Shown here piece after piece: positions 56,874-64,000 of a DNA stretch of 64,000 nt (positions are counted from its first letter, which is position 1; each line of letters opens with the position of its first letter). The notes below the pieces were generated by a model, which searched no databases, was not told the DNA's origin, and worked only from the letters and a program-made list of their open reading frames with translations. Origin of the DNA: a virus; the IMG/VR virus record IMGVR_UViG_3300046820_001062, positions 32,001-96,000 of that record; one strand, given 5' to 3'. Both the position numbers and the translations under genes were made by a program.

Positions 56874-57095
56874 TTACTCTGAAGTCTCAGCTCCACCTGG
56901 TCCGTCAGTTGCCTCCGCATTGTCAGGGCTTGTCATGTTAGCTATCATAATGGTAGCTTGAATACGCTTAGCTTCCTCTTGTACAGCCTTAGACTGTAGT
57001 TCAGCAAGCTCAGCACGTAGAGCAGCAAGTTCAATCTGGCTTTTATACCATGAAATCACTTCCTCTCTTGTTGGTTCTTTGGTTTCTTCTGCCAT
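56874..57095 (-). CDS. Small coiled-coil acidic protein (73 aa)
   Basis: First ORF after the Bacteroidota-type promoter, with an A-rich leader. Confidence 0.6.
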   Translation of the reverse strand: MAEETKEPTREEVISWYKSQIELAALRAELAELQSKAVQEEAKRIQATIMIANMTSPDNAEATDGPGGAETSE

Positions 57096-57136
57096 GTTTT
57101 TAATTTTTAAAGTTTATTTTAATAGTAACCTCACTA

Positions 57137-57168
57137 CAAATATACTCCAAAAGTTTAACTTTTACAAA
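57137..57168 (-). promoter_or_regulatory. Bacteroidota housekeeping-sigma promoter TTTG-N20-TATATTTG
   Basis: -33 TTTG at 57168-57165 and -7 TATATTTG at 57144-57137 with a 20-nt spacer, matching the established TTTG-N19-21-TAnnTTTG consensus. An overlapping plus-strand TATTTTTG at 57177-57184 may drive the divergent island. Confidence 0.65.
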
Positions 57169-57203
57169 TTTTTTATTATTTTTGTTGCATCCAAATTTAA
57201 ATC

Positions 57204-57686
57204 ATGTATATAACAAGAGAAAAAGAGTGGGAAGCTATTGAGAAAGTTTGTAGTATTCTGGATAAGAATCCTACATTAACTCCAAAAGATGCTGTTGTTG
57301 CTATGGTTAGTCCTGATTATAGCGCAACTGCAGCTATGCATGTTGCTCATCATCTTAGTAAAGATGGTGAAATGCTAAATATCATACCTGTTGAGGTTCC
57401 TTTTCCAGATGAAGATTCTGAACCCTACAGAAGAACCTTTGTCAAAAGAACTACTTATGAGTTTTATCCTTACAAAACAGTCATTCTAGTTGAGGCAGGT
57501 ATAATTACAGGAGGAAACTACAGATTTATGGTAGACCATCTTATAGATTTAGGATTTAACATTGTCACAGTTGCACTGTTTGAAAATAAAAACAGCCAGT
57601 TTAACTGTGACGTTGTTGGAGAATATTATGACAGCAACGTTCAAGAATTAGAATTTTATTATGAGCGTTACAACAAACATTGGTGA
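57204..57686 (+). CDS. Phosphoribosyltransferase-like protein (160 aa), degenerate PRPP-binding motif
   Basis: VILVEAGIITGGNY corresponds to the type I PRTase VLLVDDVIDTG.T loop, followed by VALF.N...F.CD.VG.YY. Confidence 0.6.
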   Translation: MYITREKEWEAIEKVCSILDKNPTLTPKDAVVAMVSPDYSATAAMHVAHHLSKDGEMLNIIPVEVPFPDEDSEPYRRTFVKRTTYEFYPYKTVILVEAGIITGGNYRFMVDHLIDLGFNIVTVALFENKNSQFNCDVVGEYYDSNVQELEFYYERYNKHW

Positions 57687-58101
57687 TATGGAAGGGATGC
57701 AATTGATTACAACCCACCCTATAAAAAAGTCAGACCTAGGATTTCATGGTAATCTTTTTGGGGGTAAACTCTTAGCTTGGATGGATGCAGCAGCAGCTGG
57801 TTACGCTATGGAAGTATGTGATACTCCACGCATGGTCACTGTTCTTATAGACAAATGTGTATTCAAAAAACCTGCAAAGGAGGGACAGCTTGTTAAAATT
57901 TATGGCAAAGTTATGCTTGTAGGAAATACTTCTGTAACATTGTACATGGAAGCAAGAGCACACAATGTGTATTCAGGGACACAATCTGTAATCTTACACA
58001 CAAACATGAGGTTTGTAAGAATTGATGAAGCTGGTGATCCTCTTCCTATAGGAGATAGAACAAGAAATAAATATACTAATAATGGAGAAAGCAATCTTTA
58101 A
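57661..58101 (+). CDS. Hotdog-fold acyl-CoA thioesterase (YciA-like; start probably ~57688-57697)
   Basis: PIKKSDLGFHGNLFGGKLLAWMDAAA, F.KP...G.LV...G.V..VGNTS and FVRIDE.G.P.P. Confidence 0.85.
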   Translation: MSVTTNIGDMEGMQLITTHPIKKSDLGFHGNLFGGKLLAWMDAAAAGYAMEVCDTPRMVTVLIDKCVFKKPAKEGQLVKIYGKVMLVGNTSVTLYMEARAHNVYSGTQSVILHTNMRFVRIDEAGDPLPIGDRTRNKYTNNGESNL

Positions 58102-58552
58102 ATTCAACGGTGGCCTAGGAGCATTATTATGTTCCAAGTGTCGTGCAATCATTAAGACAGGGGCTACTATGTCTCAGTTTGAAAAAGACGCAATGATGGG
58201 TAAGCAAGAAATGTTACCCAAGTATTGTTTAACATGCCGAACAGGTGTCCAATATTCTCTTATGAGAGTGGAGGATGGTAAACTGTTTATGGCTAAGTCT
58301 ATCAAATGGGTTAAGTGGAAAGAGAATGGTAGGTTTGATAAACTATATGCTAGGCCAAAAGTTGGTTATTCATGTATAGCAGATCCTGAGCTAGGTGAGG
58401 CATTTACATGGTTAACTACACAAGTGACAAGTATTGATAAGGTATCAGCTCATGAATTACGTTTCAAGACTAAGAACTCAACCTACATATTAAACAAAAT
58501 AAAAGTTCAACCCTCAAAGACATTCATTCATGACGATCCATTCCAAGATTAA
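58082..58552 (+). CDS. Hypothetical protein with CxxC pairs (156 aa)
   Basis: GGLGALLCSKC...YCLTC followed by a beta-rich domain (FTWLTTQVT). Confidence 0.55.
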   Translation: MEKAIFKFNGGLGALLCSKCRAIIKTGATMSQFEKDAMMGKQEMLPKYCLTCRTGVQYSLMRVEDGKLFMAKSIKWVKWKENGRFDKLYARPKVGYSCIADPELGEAFTWLTTQVTSIDKVSAHELRFKTKNSTYILNKIKVQPSKTFIHDDPFQD

Positions 58553-58799
58553 ATTATTACTAACAGGTGTACTTCAAGTTTACTTTGTTGCTATAAACAC
58601 ATGCTTCTTAGCTAAAGAGATTTATTTGGGTGTGGCTTTTGCAGCATTTGCAATTTCCATGGTCTGGTCCTATAACATTAAAAAAATTGTGTTTGGAACT
58701 TTCTCAGATAGAGTATATTATTCAATTGGTGCAACCATTGGTAGTCTACTTGGGTTATACACAAGTTCCTTTTTTACAGATTTTTTTAGTAAATTGTAG
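58530..58799 (+). CDS. Small membrane protein (89 aa)
   Basis: Three hydrophobic segments. Confidence 0.55.
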   Translation: MTIHSKIKLLLTGVLQVYFVAINTCFLAKEIYLGVAFAAFAISMVWSYNIKKIVFGTFSDRVYYSIGATIGSLLGLYTSSFFTDFFSKL

Positions 58800-58819
58800 T
58801 GTAACCATAACCCACTTAT

Positions 58820-59467
58820 ATGAGAGAGCCTAATAGACCACGTAAAAACGAAATCAAGTACCAAGTAGAGTTAAACGCAGAACAGAAGGAAGCAAAAAGG
58901 CTAATCATAGATAATCAAATTGTAATTGTAACAGGAAGAGCAGGATCAGGGAAATCCCTTGTGTCTGCTGTAACAGCATTGGACTTCTTATTTAAGAAGC
59001 AGTGTGATAAGATCTATGTTACTCGTGCTACAATTGAAGTTGGTAATTCTTTAGGATTCCTACCAGGTTCTCTAGATGAGAAGTTTAATCCTTACTTAGA
59101 AGCATTCATGGAGAATCTAACCAAATGCTACGATAGCGTAAAGGTTGGAGACATGATCAAGGATCAGAAGATAGTTGCTTATCCTGTACAGTTTATTAGA
59201 GGAAAGACTATTGATGATGTTCTTGTAGTAGAAGAAGCTCAAAACTTATCTAAAGCACAGATGTTAGCTATTCTGACAAGGCTTGGTAAGTTTGGTAAGA
59301 TTATCATCAACGGTGATAATGAGCAGAAAGATATCAAGGACGAATACAATGGCTTAAGTTATGCCATAGAACTCAGCAAGAAGATTGATGAGATCAAATG
59401 GATCAAGCTTAAGGAAAATCACAGAAGTGATGTAGTAGGAAAGATATTGGATTACGAATATAAATAA
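58820..59467 (+). CDS. phoH: PhoH-family ATPase (215 aa)
   Basis: GRAGSGKS Walker A, LGFLPG.LDEK..PY, FIRGKT, VVEEAQN, LTRLG, GDNEQ.D. Confidence 0.92.
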   Translation: MREPNRPRKNEIKYQVELNAEQKEAKRLIIDNQIVIVTGRAGSGKSLVSAVTALDFLFKKQCDKIYVTRATIEVGNSLGFLPGSLDEKFNPYLEAFMENLTKCYDSVKVGDMIKDQKIVAYPVQFIRGKTIDDVLVVEEAQNLSKAQMLAILTRLGKFGKIIINGDNEQKDIKDEYNGLSYAIELSKKIDEIKWIKLKENHRSDVVGKILDYEYK

Positions 59468-59472
59468 TAATT

Positions 59473-59676
59473 ATGGTTATAAACAATCAATTTGAACTTG
59501 GGTCTATTGTCTATTTGAAGACAGACCTTTTGCAATTGCCACGCATCATTACTGGAATCCAGGTATGTGCAGATGGTGGCATGCTCTACAAATGTGCTCA
59601 AGGTCAAGAAGTTGATTGGCATTATGAAGTAGAACTCTCAGAGAATGTAGATATAGTTCTCAAAACTTCCAATTAA
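59473..59676 (+). CDS. Small SH3-like hypothetical protein (67 aa)
   Basis: F.LG.IVYLKTD..Q.PRIITGI...HYEVELS pattern. Ends at the terminator. Confidence 0.55.
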   Translation: MVINNQFELGSIVYLKTDLLQLPRIITGIQVCADGGMLYKCAQGQEVDWHYEVELSENVDIVLKTSN

Positions 59677-59708
59677 AAAGAAACCCAGGTTATTAGCCTG
59701 GGTTTTTT
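59676..59708. terminator. Bidirectional intrinsic terminator between convergent genes
   Basis: aaaaag-aaacccagg-ttattag-cctgggttt-ttt. Confidence 0.8.
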
Positions 59709-59728
59709 ATTTGGGGTTAATCTTTCTT

Positions 59729-60130
59729 TTAGTCAAGTATCAAATTGACACCAGCGTTTTGAATTGTTCCAACAAAACTTTTTACAATAAAAAGCTCATC
59801 TCCTACAAATTTAAACTGAACTATTGAACCAAGAGTTTCATTCAAGCTCTTTAAGAAACTTGCTTTTGTGAAACGCTTGCCTGTGTAGAACCACCCCAAA
59901 GCAACAGGAAGGTAGGTATCTAACTCTAAATTTCTTGCAGTAAACAATACTTGATAAGTATCAGTATCTGCAAAGGTCTCTGTATTGTTTAAGAAAACAT
60001 ACTCAACAGGAACCTTACAATCTACCCCAGGGATAATAGGAGTACTCTTACCACTTCTAGGTTTTGAACCTTGTATAGGACTTCCTAATACAGGTTTGCC
60101 ATTTTTTGTAAATGCATAATAATTTGCCAT
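59729..60130 (-). CDS. Hypothetical protein (133 aa)
   Basis: Isolated ORF with A-rich leader, ends at the bidirectional terminator. Confidence 0.6.
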   Translation of the reverse strand: MANYYAFTKNGKPVLGSPIQGSKPRSGKSTPIIPGVDCKVPVEYVFLNNTETFADTDTYQVLFTARNLELDTYLPVALGWFYTGKRFTKASFLKSLNETLGSIVQFKFVGDELFIVKSFVGTIQNAGVNLILD

Positions 60131-60183
60131 AGTATATATTTTTTAATATTGAACAATCTTACATATACAATATAGGAAATTCT

Positions 60184-60250
60184 GCTGACTTTATCGCTCA
60201 CATGTGTAACAAATGTAGATCAAATTTGTGACAATCTGAGCGATAAACAG
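60184..60250. repeat. Long imperfect palindrome in the divergent intergenic region
   Basis: tttatcgctca...tgagcgataaa outer arms with inner tgtaacaaat...atttgtgaca. Confidence 0.7.
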
Positions 60251-60287
60251 TTTGCCCTTGAGCTATAAATGTGTCTACTGGAACTTG

Positions 60288-60369
60288 CCCCCATGTGTGT
60301 AGTAGAGAGGGTGTACCCCCTACAGCAACATCCCCCCGCCACTCACGCCAACACCTATACCCCCATGTG
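60288..60369. repeat. Four C5-6 tracts with direct repeat cccccatgtg
   Basis: C-runs at 60288-60292, 60316-60320, 60332-60337 and 60360-60364. cccccatgtg occurs at 60288 and 60360. Confidence 0.75.
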
Positions 60370-60631
60370 ATTCAGCACAATAAAATTTAGCTTATGTATC
60401 ATTGGTATTTAATTTCTGGACATCAAATCCTTGCTAAGTCTCTCAGAGAAGCTTACAAGTACTTCATGGAGTACTGCAAGGAAGACAGACACTGAGAAGT
60501 GTCACCAGAGCAGGACCACACAGAGATATTCTAACAAAGAGTGTCTCTGTGTTTTATTATATAAGCCTCTGATACAACAGCTAAACCCCTTACTCAATCA
60601 GTATTTATTAATCACTCTAAATAACAATCAA

Positions 60632-60859
60632 ATGAAGAATCTAAAAAGAATGGTACTACCTGTACAAATCATTGCTTGGCTATGCTTACCAATGATTATG
60701 GTCACAATCATCACAGCTGTGTTTGCTGGATGTATCTCTATGTTAACATCACTGACTTTCCATGATGTTACTCACTCTACACCTATGTGGGTGTTCAATG
60801 TCATTGTAGGCATTGGCTCTGCTATTAGTGTAGGCTCTTGGTTGTGGGATGAGAAATAA
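60632..60859 (+). CDS. Small membrane protein (75 aa; ATG 60632 preferred over TTG 60431)
   Basis: A-rich leader ataacaatcaa-ATG and two hydrophobic helices. Confidence 0.55.
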   Translation: MKNLKRMVLPVQIIAWLCLPMIMVTIITAVFAGCISMLTSLTFHDVTHSTPMWVFNVIVGIGSAISVGSWLWDEK

Positions 60860-60923
60860 TCTCCCACAACCTTCAACAACTGTAATCCCTTTATTAATCA
60901 ATAACAATTTAAATTAAACAATC

Positions 60924-61415
60924 ATGAACAAAGTTCAAATCAAACCAACTGAAACTGGTGCATTAGTTAGCACCTACAAGAACAATCCTGCTTACGGTTA
61001 CATCACACTTCAATCAGAAGAGATGAGTGTTGACGGTGGCTGGGTTAGAAACTCTGTACGCACTGCATTACTACGTGCTGAAACAAGCTTGCTTGAAAAG
61101 TTTGTTAGCACCTTTGGTAAGTCTGGTAACATTCCTGGACGCATTGTTGTAAAAGAATTCACAGAGTCTCAATTACCTGAGAACTATATGTCACGCCTTA
61201 ACAAGAACTTAGACTATGAAGAGTCTATTGCTCCTTACATTAAGCGTGCTGGTAAAGACGGTATTGAATTGACTCTTGGTGGTGAGCGTATCTTGCGCTT
61301 TACTGACTATGATGCATCTGGTGCTGACCAAGATGTACGTGTAGCTCACGACAACACCACTGCTATATCTGCTTCACGCAATGTGAACGCTAATACAGCT
61401 GCGTTACCTGCTTAA
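60924..61415 (+). CDS. Hypothetical protein, paralogue 1 (163 aa), possibly ssDNA-binding
   Basis: Clear paralogue of 61619-62110. Shares KRAG.DG.EL..GGERILRFT.YDASG.D.DV.VAHDN. The ssDNA-binding guess is weak. Confidence 0.55.
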   Translation: MNKVQIKPTETGALVSTYKNNPAYGYITLQSEEMSVDGGWVRNSVRTALLRAETSLLEKFVSTFGKSGNIPGRIVVKEFTESQLPENYMSRLNKNLDYEESIAPYIKRAGKDGIELTLGGERILRFTDYDASGADQDVRVAHDNTTAISASRNVNANTAALPA

Positions 61416-61423
61416 ACTTAGAA

Positions 61424-61464
61424 GAACTGCTGGCTGGGGATAAACTCCTCAGCCTCAGTTTTTT
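61424..61464 (+). terminator. Terminator-like hairpin after paralogue 1
   Basis: aactg-c-tggctgggga-taaa-ctcctcagcc-t-cagtt-tttt. Confidence 0.6.
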
Positions 61465-61618
61465 CCAAATAAACAAGTTGGGGTGGTTGCTGTGAGGTAA
61501 GACAAAAACAACAGAACAGTTTTTTTCTCAACCCTTACTCAACACCTAAATTGCCCCTGACTAAAACAACACCTAAACCCCCAAATCATTTTAGTATTAA
61601 CAATTAAAAATTAGATTT

Positions 61619-62110
61619 ATGTCTCAAGTACAAATCGTCCCAAACTCAAAGACAGGCAGTGTAATCACAGCCTACAAAAACAACGCTGAATATGGTTATG
61701 TTCAGCTTCAACAAACTGCAATCACCGTTGATGGTGGTTGGGTAAGAGAGAGCAAACGCTCTACTCTTTTGCGCGCAAAGATGGACTTGTTAACCAAGTT
61801 TGTTGCCGCTCACAAAAGTCTTCAATTGCCAGGTGCAATTGTAGTAAAAGAATATCTTGAGTCTGAAGTGCCTCAAGATATGGCTGACAAATTCTTCAAC
61901 AAAGAGTTAGCTTATGAAGATGCAATTGCTCCTTACGTAAAACGCGCAGGTGCAGATGGCATTGAGTTAACTGTTGGTGGTGAAAGAATTTTACGCTTCA
62001 CAAGTTATGATGCTAGTGGTTCTGACACAGACGTTAAGGTAGCACATGACAACGTAGTTGCTGTGGTAGAGAGTAAAGTACAATCTACAAGCAACGCAAT
62101 GTTAGGTTAA
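61619..62110 (+). CDS. Hypothetical protein, paralogue 2 (163 aa)
   Basis: Roughly half identical by eye to 60924-61415. Confidence 0.6.
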   Translation: MSQVQIVPNSKTGSVITAYKNNAEYGYVQLQQTAITVDGGWVRESKRSTLLRAKMDLLTKFVAAHKSLQLPGAIVVKEYLESEVPQDMADKFFNKELAYEDAIAPYVKRAGADGIELTVGGERILRFTSYDASGSDTDVKVAHDNVVAVVESKVQSTSNAMLG

Positions 62111-62121
62111 TTGATTTAAAT

Positions 62122-62167
62122 TGTGGTAAGTATGGGGAATTATTCCCTGTACTTGCTGCAGTTTTTT
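62122..62167 (+). terminator. Terminator-like hairpin after paralogue 2
   Basis: ggtaagtatgggga-atta-ttccctgtacttgct then gcagtttttt. Confidence 0.6.
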
Positions 62168-62361
62168 CTATTTAACCACAAGAAAACTTAGGTGTTGATT
62201 GACAAACTTACAAAGACAAACAAAACTTCTTTGTTAACTCATTGATTAATAATAATTTGTGTGCGTGAGAGTGGGTGACAGACCTACTCTCCCACATATT
62301 TTAGTCAAAAAAAATCCTCTCAAAAACAAGTTCTAGTGTATAATAAATAGCTATAATAGTC

Positions 62362-62466
62362 ATGAAGACAGAAAAATATCAACTTGCTGTACTACTATGT
62401 TTCATACTTACCATAATTGGTATTGTTGTTTACAATGTATGTACTTATGGTGTTTCTTCTATATAG
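62362..62466 (+). CDS. Possible 34-aa single-pass membrane peptide
   Basis: MKTEKYQLAVLLCFILTIIGIVVYNVCTYGVSSI, below the ORF-track size cutoff. Confidence 0.35.
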   Translation: MKTEKYQLAVLLCFILTIIGIVVYNVCTYGVSSI

Positions 62467-62545
62467 TAAGTGAGACATTTAGTGTTATCTCTCTCTATAG
62501 TATAAGAGCATCCGCTTTCTTCTAAAACCCTCAAAATCAGCCAAA

Positions 62546-62860
62546 ATGAAAAGTTTAGTTGCCTTACTCATTTTTGCATTGACAATCAGTTCTTGCAAGA
62601 ATACAAAGTATGTAGATTGTGATGCTTACAAGACACACTACAAACCTGTTAAAGCAGAAAAGCATAAACACGCTAAGTGTGATGCTTACTCCTCTATTAT
62701 TATTGTTCCTTCTGATACTACTGATGGAAGACCTACCTTTACTGTTTACTTCAGTGATGGTAAAGCTCTTGACTATATGTATCCAGAAGAGATCGCCCAA
62801 AGCCTCAATACAGGTAAATGGGATTATGATGAAACTTTAATGTTAACTCACCAAAACTAA
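62546..62860 (+). CDS. Putative lipoprotein (104 aa)
   Basis: MKSLVALLIFALTISS-C lipobox-like signal peptide, CDAY occurs twice. Confidence 0.6.
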   Translation: MKSLVALLIFALTISSCKNTKYVDCDAYKTHYKPVKAEKHKHAKCDAYSSIIIVPSDTTDGRPTFTVYFSDGKALDYMYPEEIAQSLNTGKWDYDETLMLTHQN

Positions 62861-62866
62861 CACAAC

Positions 62867-63040
62867 ATGGAAGCAATGCGTTCTTTCCCAATTCAGGTAG
62901 TTATGCCTGATGGTCAAGTATACAGACAATCTGTTTATGCTTGTACCAAATGGCACGCTATTGAGCTTCTATACTCTAAGATGTGTCAGTATCAAAACAA
63001 CCGTTCTATGTATAAACTTGTACGTAGAAAGAAAAAGTAA
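62867..63040 (+). CDS. Small hypothetical protein (57 aa)
   Basis: MEAMRSFPIQVVMPDGQVYRQSVYACTKWHAIELLY...RRKKK. Starts 6 nt after the previous stop and ends 7 nt before tRNA-Leu. Preferred over the overlapping 62910-63101 call. Confidence 0.55.
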   Translation: MEAMRSFPIQVVMPDGQVYRQSVYACTKWHAIELLYSKMCQYQNNRSMYKLVRRKKK

Positions 63041-63047
63041 AATTAGA

Positions 63048-63133
63048 ACCTCAGTGGTGAAAGTGGTAGACACGAGGGACTTAAAATCCCTTGGCCAGTG
63101 ATGGCCGTGCAGGTTCAATTCCTGTCTGAGGTA
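63048..63133 (+). tRNA. tRNA-Leu(UAA)
   Basis: ACCTCAG TG GTGAAAGTGGTAGACAC G AGGGA CT TAA AA TCCCT, long variable arm TGGCC-AGTGA-TGGCC, GCAGG TTCAATT CCTGT CTGAGGT A. Confidence 0.92.
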
Positions 63134-63378
63134 CAATATTTTGTGCTGAAGGTGTAGTCCTGTTGGTAAGCTAAAAGCATTTTATTAGAGTGGAGTGCTT
63201 GCTTTTAAATTCACACACATTTGCTCTGGTTAGTGGCAAGGAGTGAAGCCAATAAGGGTTACAAAAAGACTTTGTTTCAGGTAATGAAAAGCTCCCTTGG
63301 GAACAAAGCAAACCAAATCAGGTTCTGACATGATAGATAAACCGTTATCTTGAAAGCTCCTGTAATTATATCTTTTTA

Positions 63379-63954
63379 TTGTTTCACATAATTTCTCAGA
63401 AAATGATTTACAAATTTAACAAAACAACACTGAAATTTGAGGGCGTCTTCCTCAAAACAAGTCTCTTTGTTATTGTTGCAATTGTATTTGCATCATTAAC
63501 TTCTTACATCATAGGACACTACAAAGGCTATTATGATTATAAACATGCCATTGTTAGTCCTGAAGAACGTATGATTGTCATTCAAGAGAACGACAAGTTC
63601 ACAAAAGAAAAGTTTAAAGAGTATCTTTTGCAACTGAATATTAAGTTTCCTCACATAGTGTATGCTCAAGCTGTACTTGAAACAGGTAACTTTCAGTCAA
63701 AGATTTTTTCTGCAAACCACAATCTCTTTGGTATGAAAGAAGCACGTGTACGTGCAACCACAAACCTTGGAAGTGAACTAGGTCATGCAATTTATGGTCA
63801 CTGGCGTGAAAGCGTTGTTGATTACGCATTATTTCAATGTGCCTTCTTGACAAGTGTTAAAACTGAAGAAGGTTATTATCAATACTTAAAAGAAAACTAT
63901 GCAGAAGCTCCAAATTATGTCGCAAAAGTTAGAGAACTCTCTAAAAACTTTTAA
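63379..63954 (+). CDS. GH73/glucosaminidase-like peptidoglycan hydrolase with N-terminal membrane anchor (start probably ~63403)
   Basis: AQAVLETG...NHNLFGMK...Y.HWRESVVDY...NYAEAPNY..KV, preceded by hydrophobic LFVIVAIVFASLTSYIIG. Confidence 0.78.
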   Translation: MFHIISQKMIYKFNKTTLKFEGVFLKTSLFVIVAIVFASLTSYIIGHYKGYYDYKHAIVSPEERMIVIQENDKFTKEKFKEYLLQLNIKFPHIVYAQAVLETGNFQSKIFSANHNLFGMKEARVRATTNLGSELGHAIYGHWRESVVDYALFQCAFLTSVKTEEGYYQYLKENYAEAPNYVAKVRELSKNF

Positions 63955-64000
63955 AGAGAGTGTCTCAGAGTTTATCAAATCAATCAAAGAAGTTGATAAT

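Noticed and set aside
62910-63101. 63-aa plus-strand ORF
   Set aside because: It overlaps tRNA-Leu. The 57-aa ORF at 62867-63040 fits the gap cleanly.
1-64000. Stop-codon reassignment (TAG/TGA), known in some crAss-like phages
   Set aside because: All large genes read through in code 11 and tile the window densely. No suppressor tRNA is among the four tRNAs found.
1-64000. Eukaryotic or giant-virus origin suggested by SET, TSR and VWA domains
   Set aside because: Terminase-portal-MCP synteny, a crAss-type RNAP, bacterial promoters and terminators, GroES, PhoH and a peptidoglycan hydrolase all indicate a bacteriophage.

Overview
This window is part of a large AT-rich crAss-like (Crassvirales-type) bacteriophage genome, probably with a Bacteroidota host (a canonical TTTG-N20-TAnnTTTG promoter and A-rich leaders without Shine-Dalgarno sequences). 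Standard genetic code is used throughout. From ~55.5 kb leftwards almost everything is one minus-strand late module. In order it holds a PD-(D/E)xK nuclease, terminase large subunit, portal, scaffold-like protein, major capsid protein, ring/auxiliary capsid proteins, a Dps-like protein, Cys-rich FN3/thrombospondin fibre proteins, a metallophosphoesterase, an HU/IHF-like protein, ring proteins, a 1998-aa muzzle/tail-stabilisation protein with a VWA insertion, four large cargo proteins, and a >3309-aa virion RNA polymerase. The RNAP gene (GSDFDVD motif plus a zincin domain) runs off the left edge and is absent from the ORF track. Region 55.5-57.1 kb is a minus-strand tRNA/ncRNA operon (tRNA-Met, -Thr, -Arg, GroES-like gene, two structured-RNA candidates, boxA-like element). 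Region 57.2-59.7 kb is a plus-strand island (PRTase-like, acyl-CoA thioesterase, PhoH). From 60.4 kb onward are plus-strand small genes, tandem paralogues, tRNA-Leu and a GH73-like hydrolase. The strongest novel-looking signals are (1) three consecutive fibre genes whose FN3 domains are split across gene boundaries, suggesting pilus-like donor-strand assembly, with thrombospondin repeats, and (2) a cargo polyprotein of SET, zincin and small basic modules punctuated by ~18 copies of an xxxGG motif. All family assignments are from motif recognition by eye; no searches were run.
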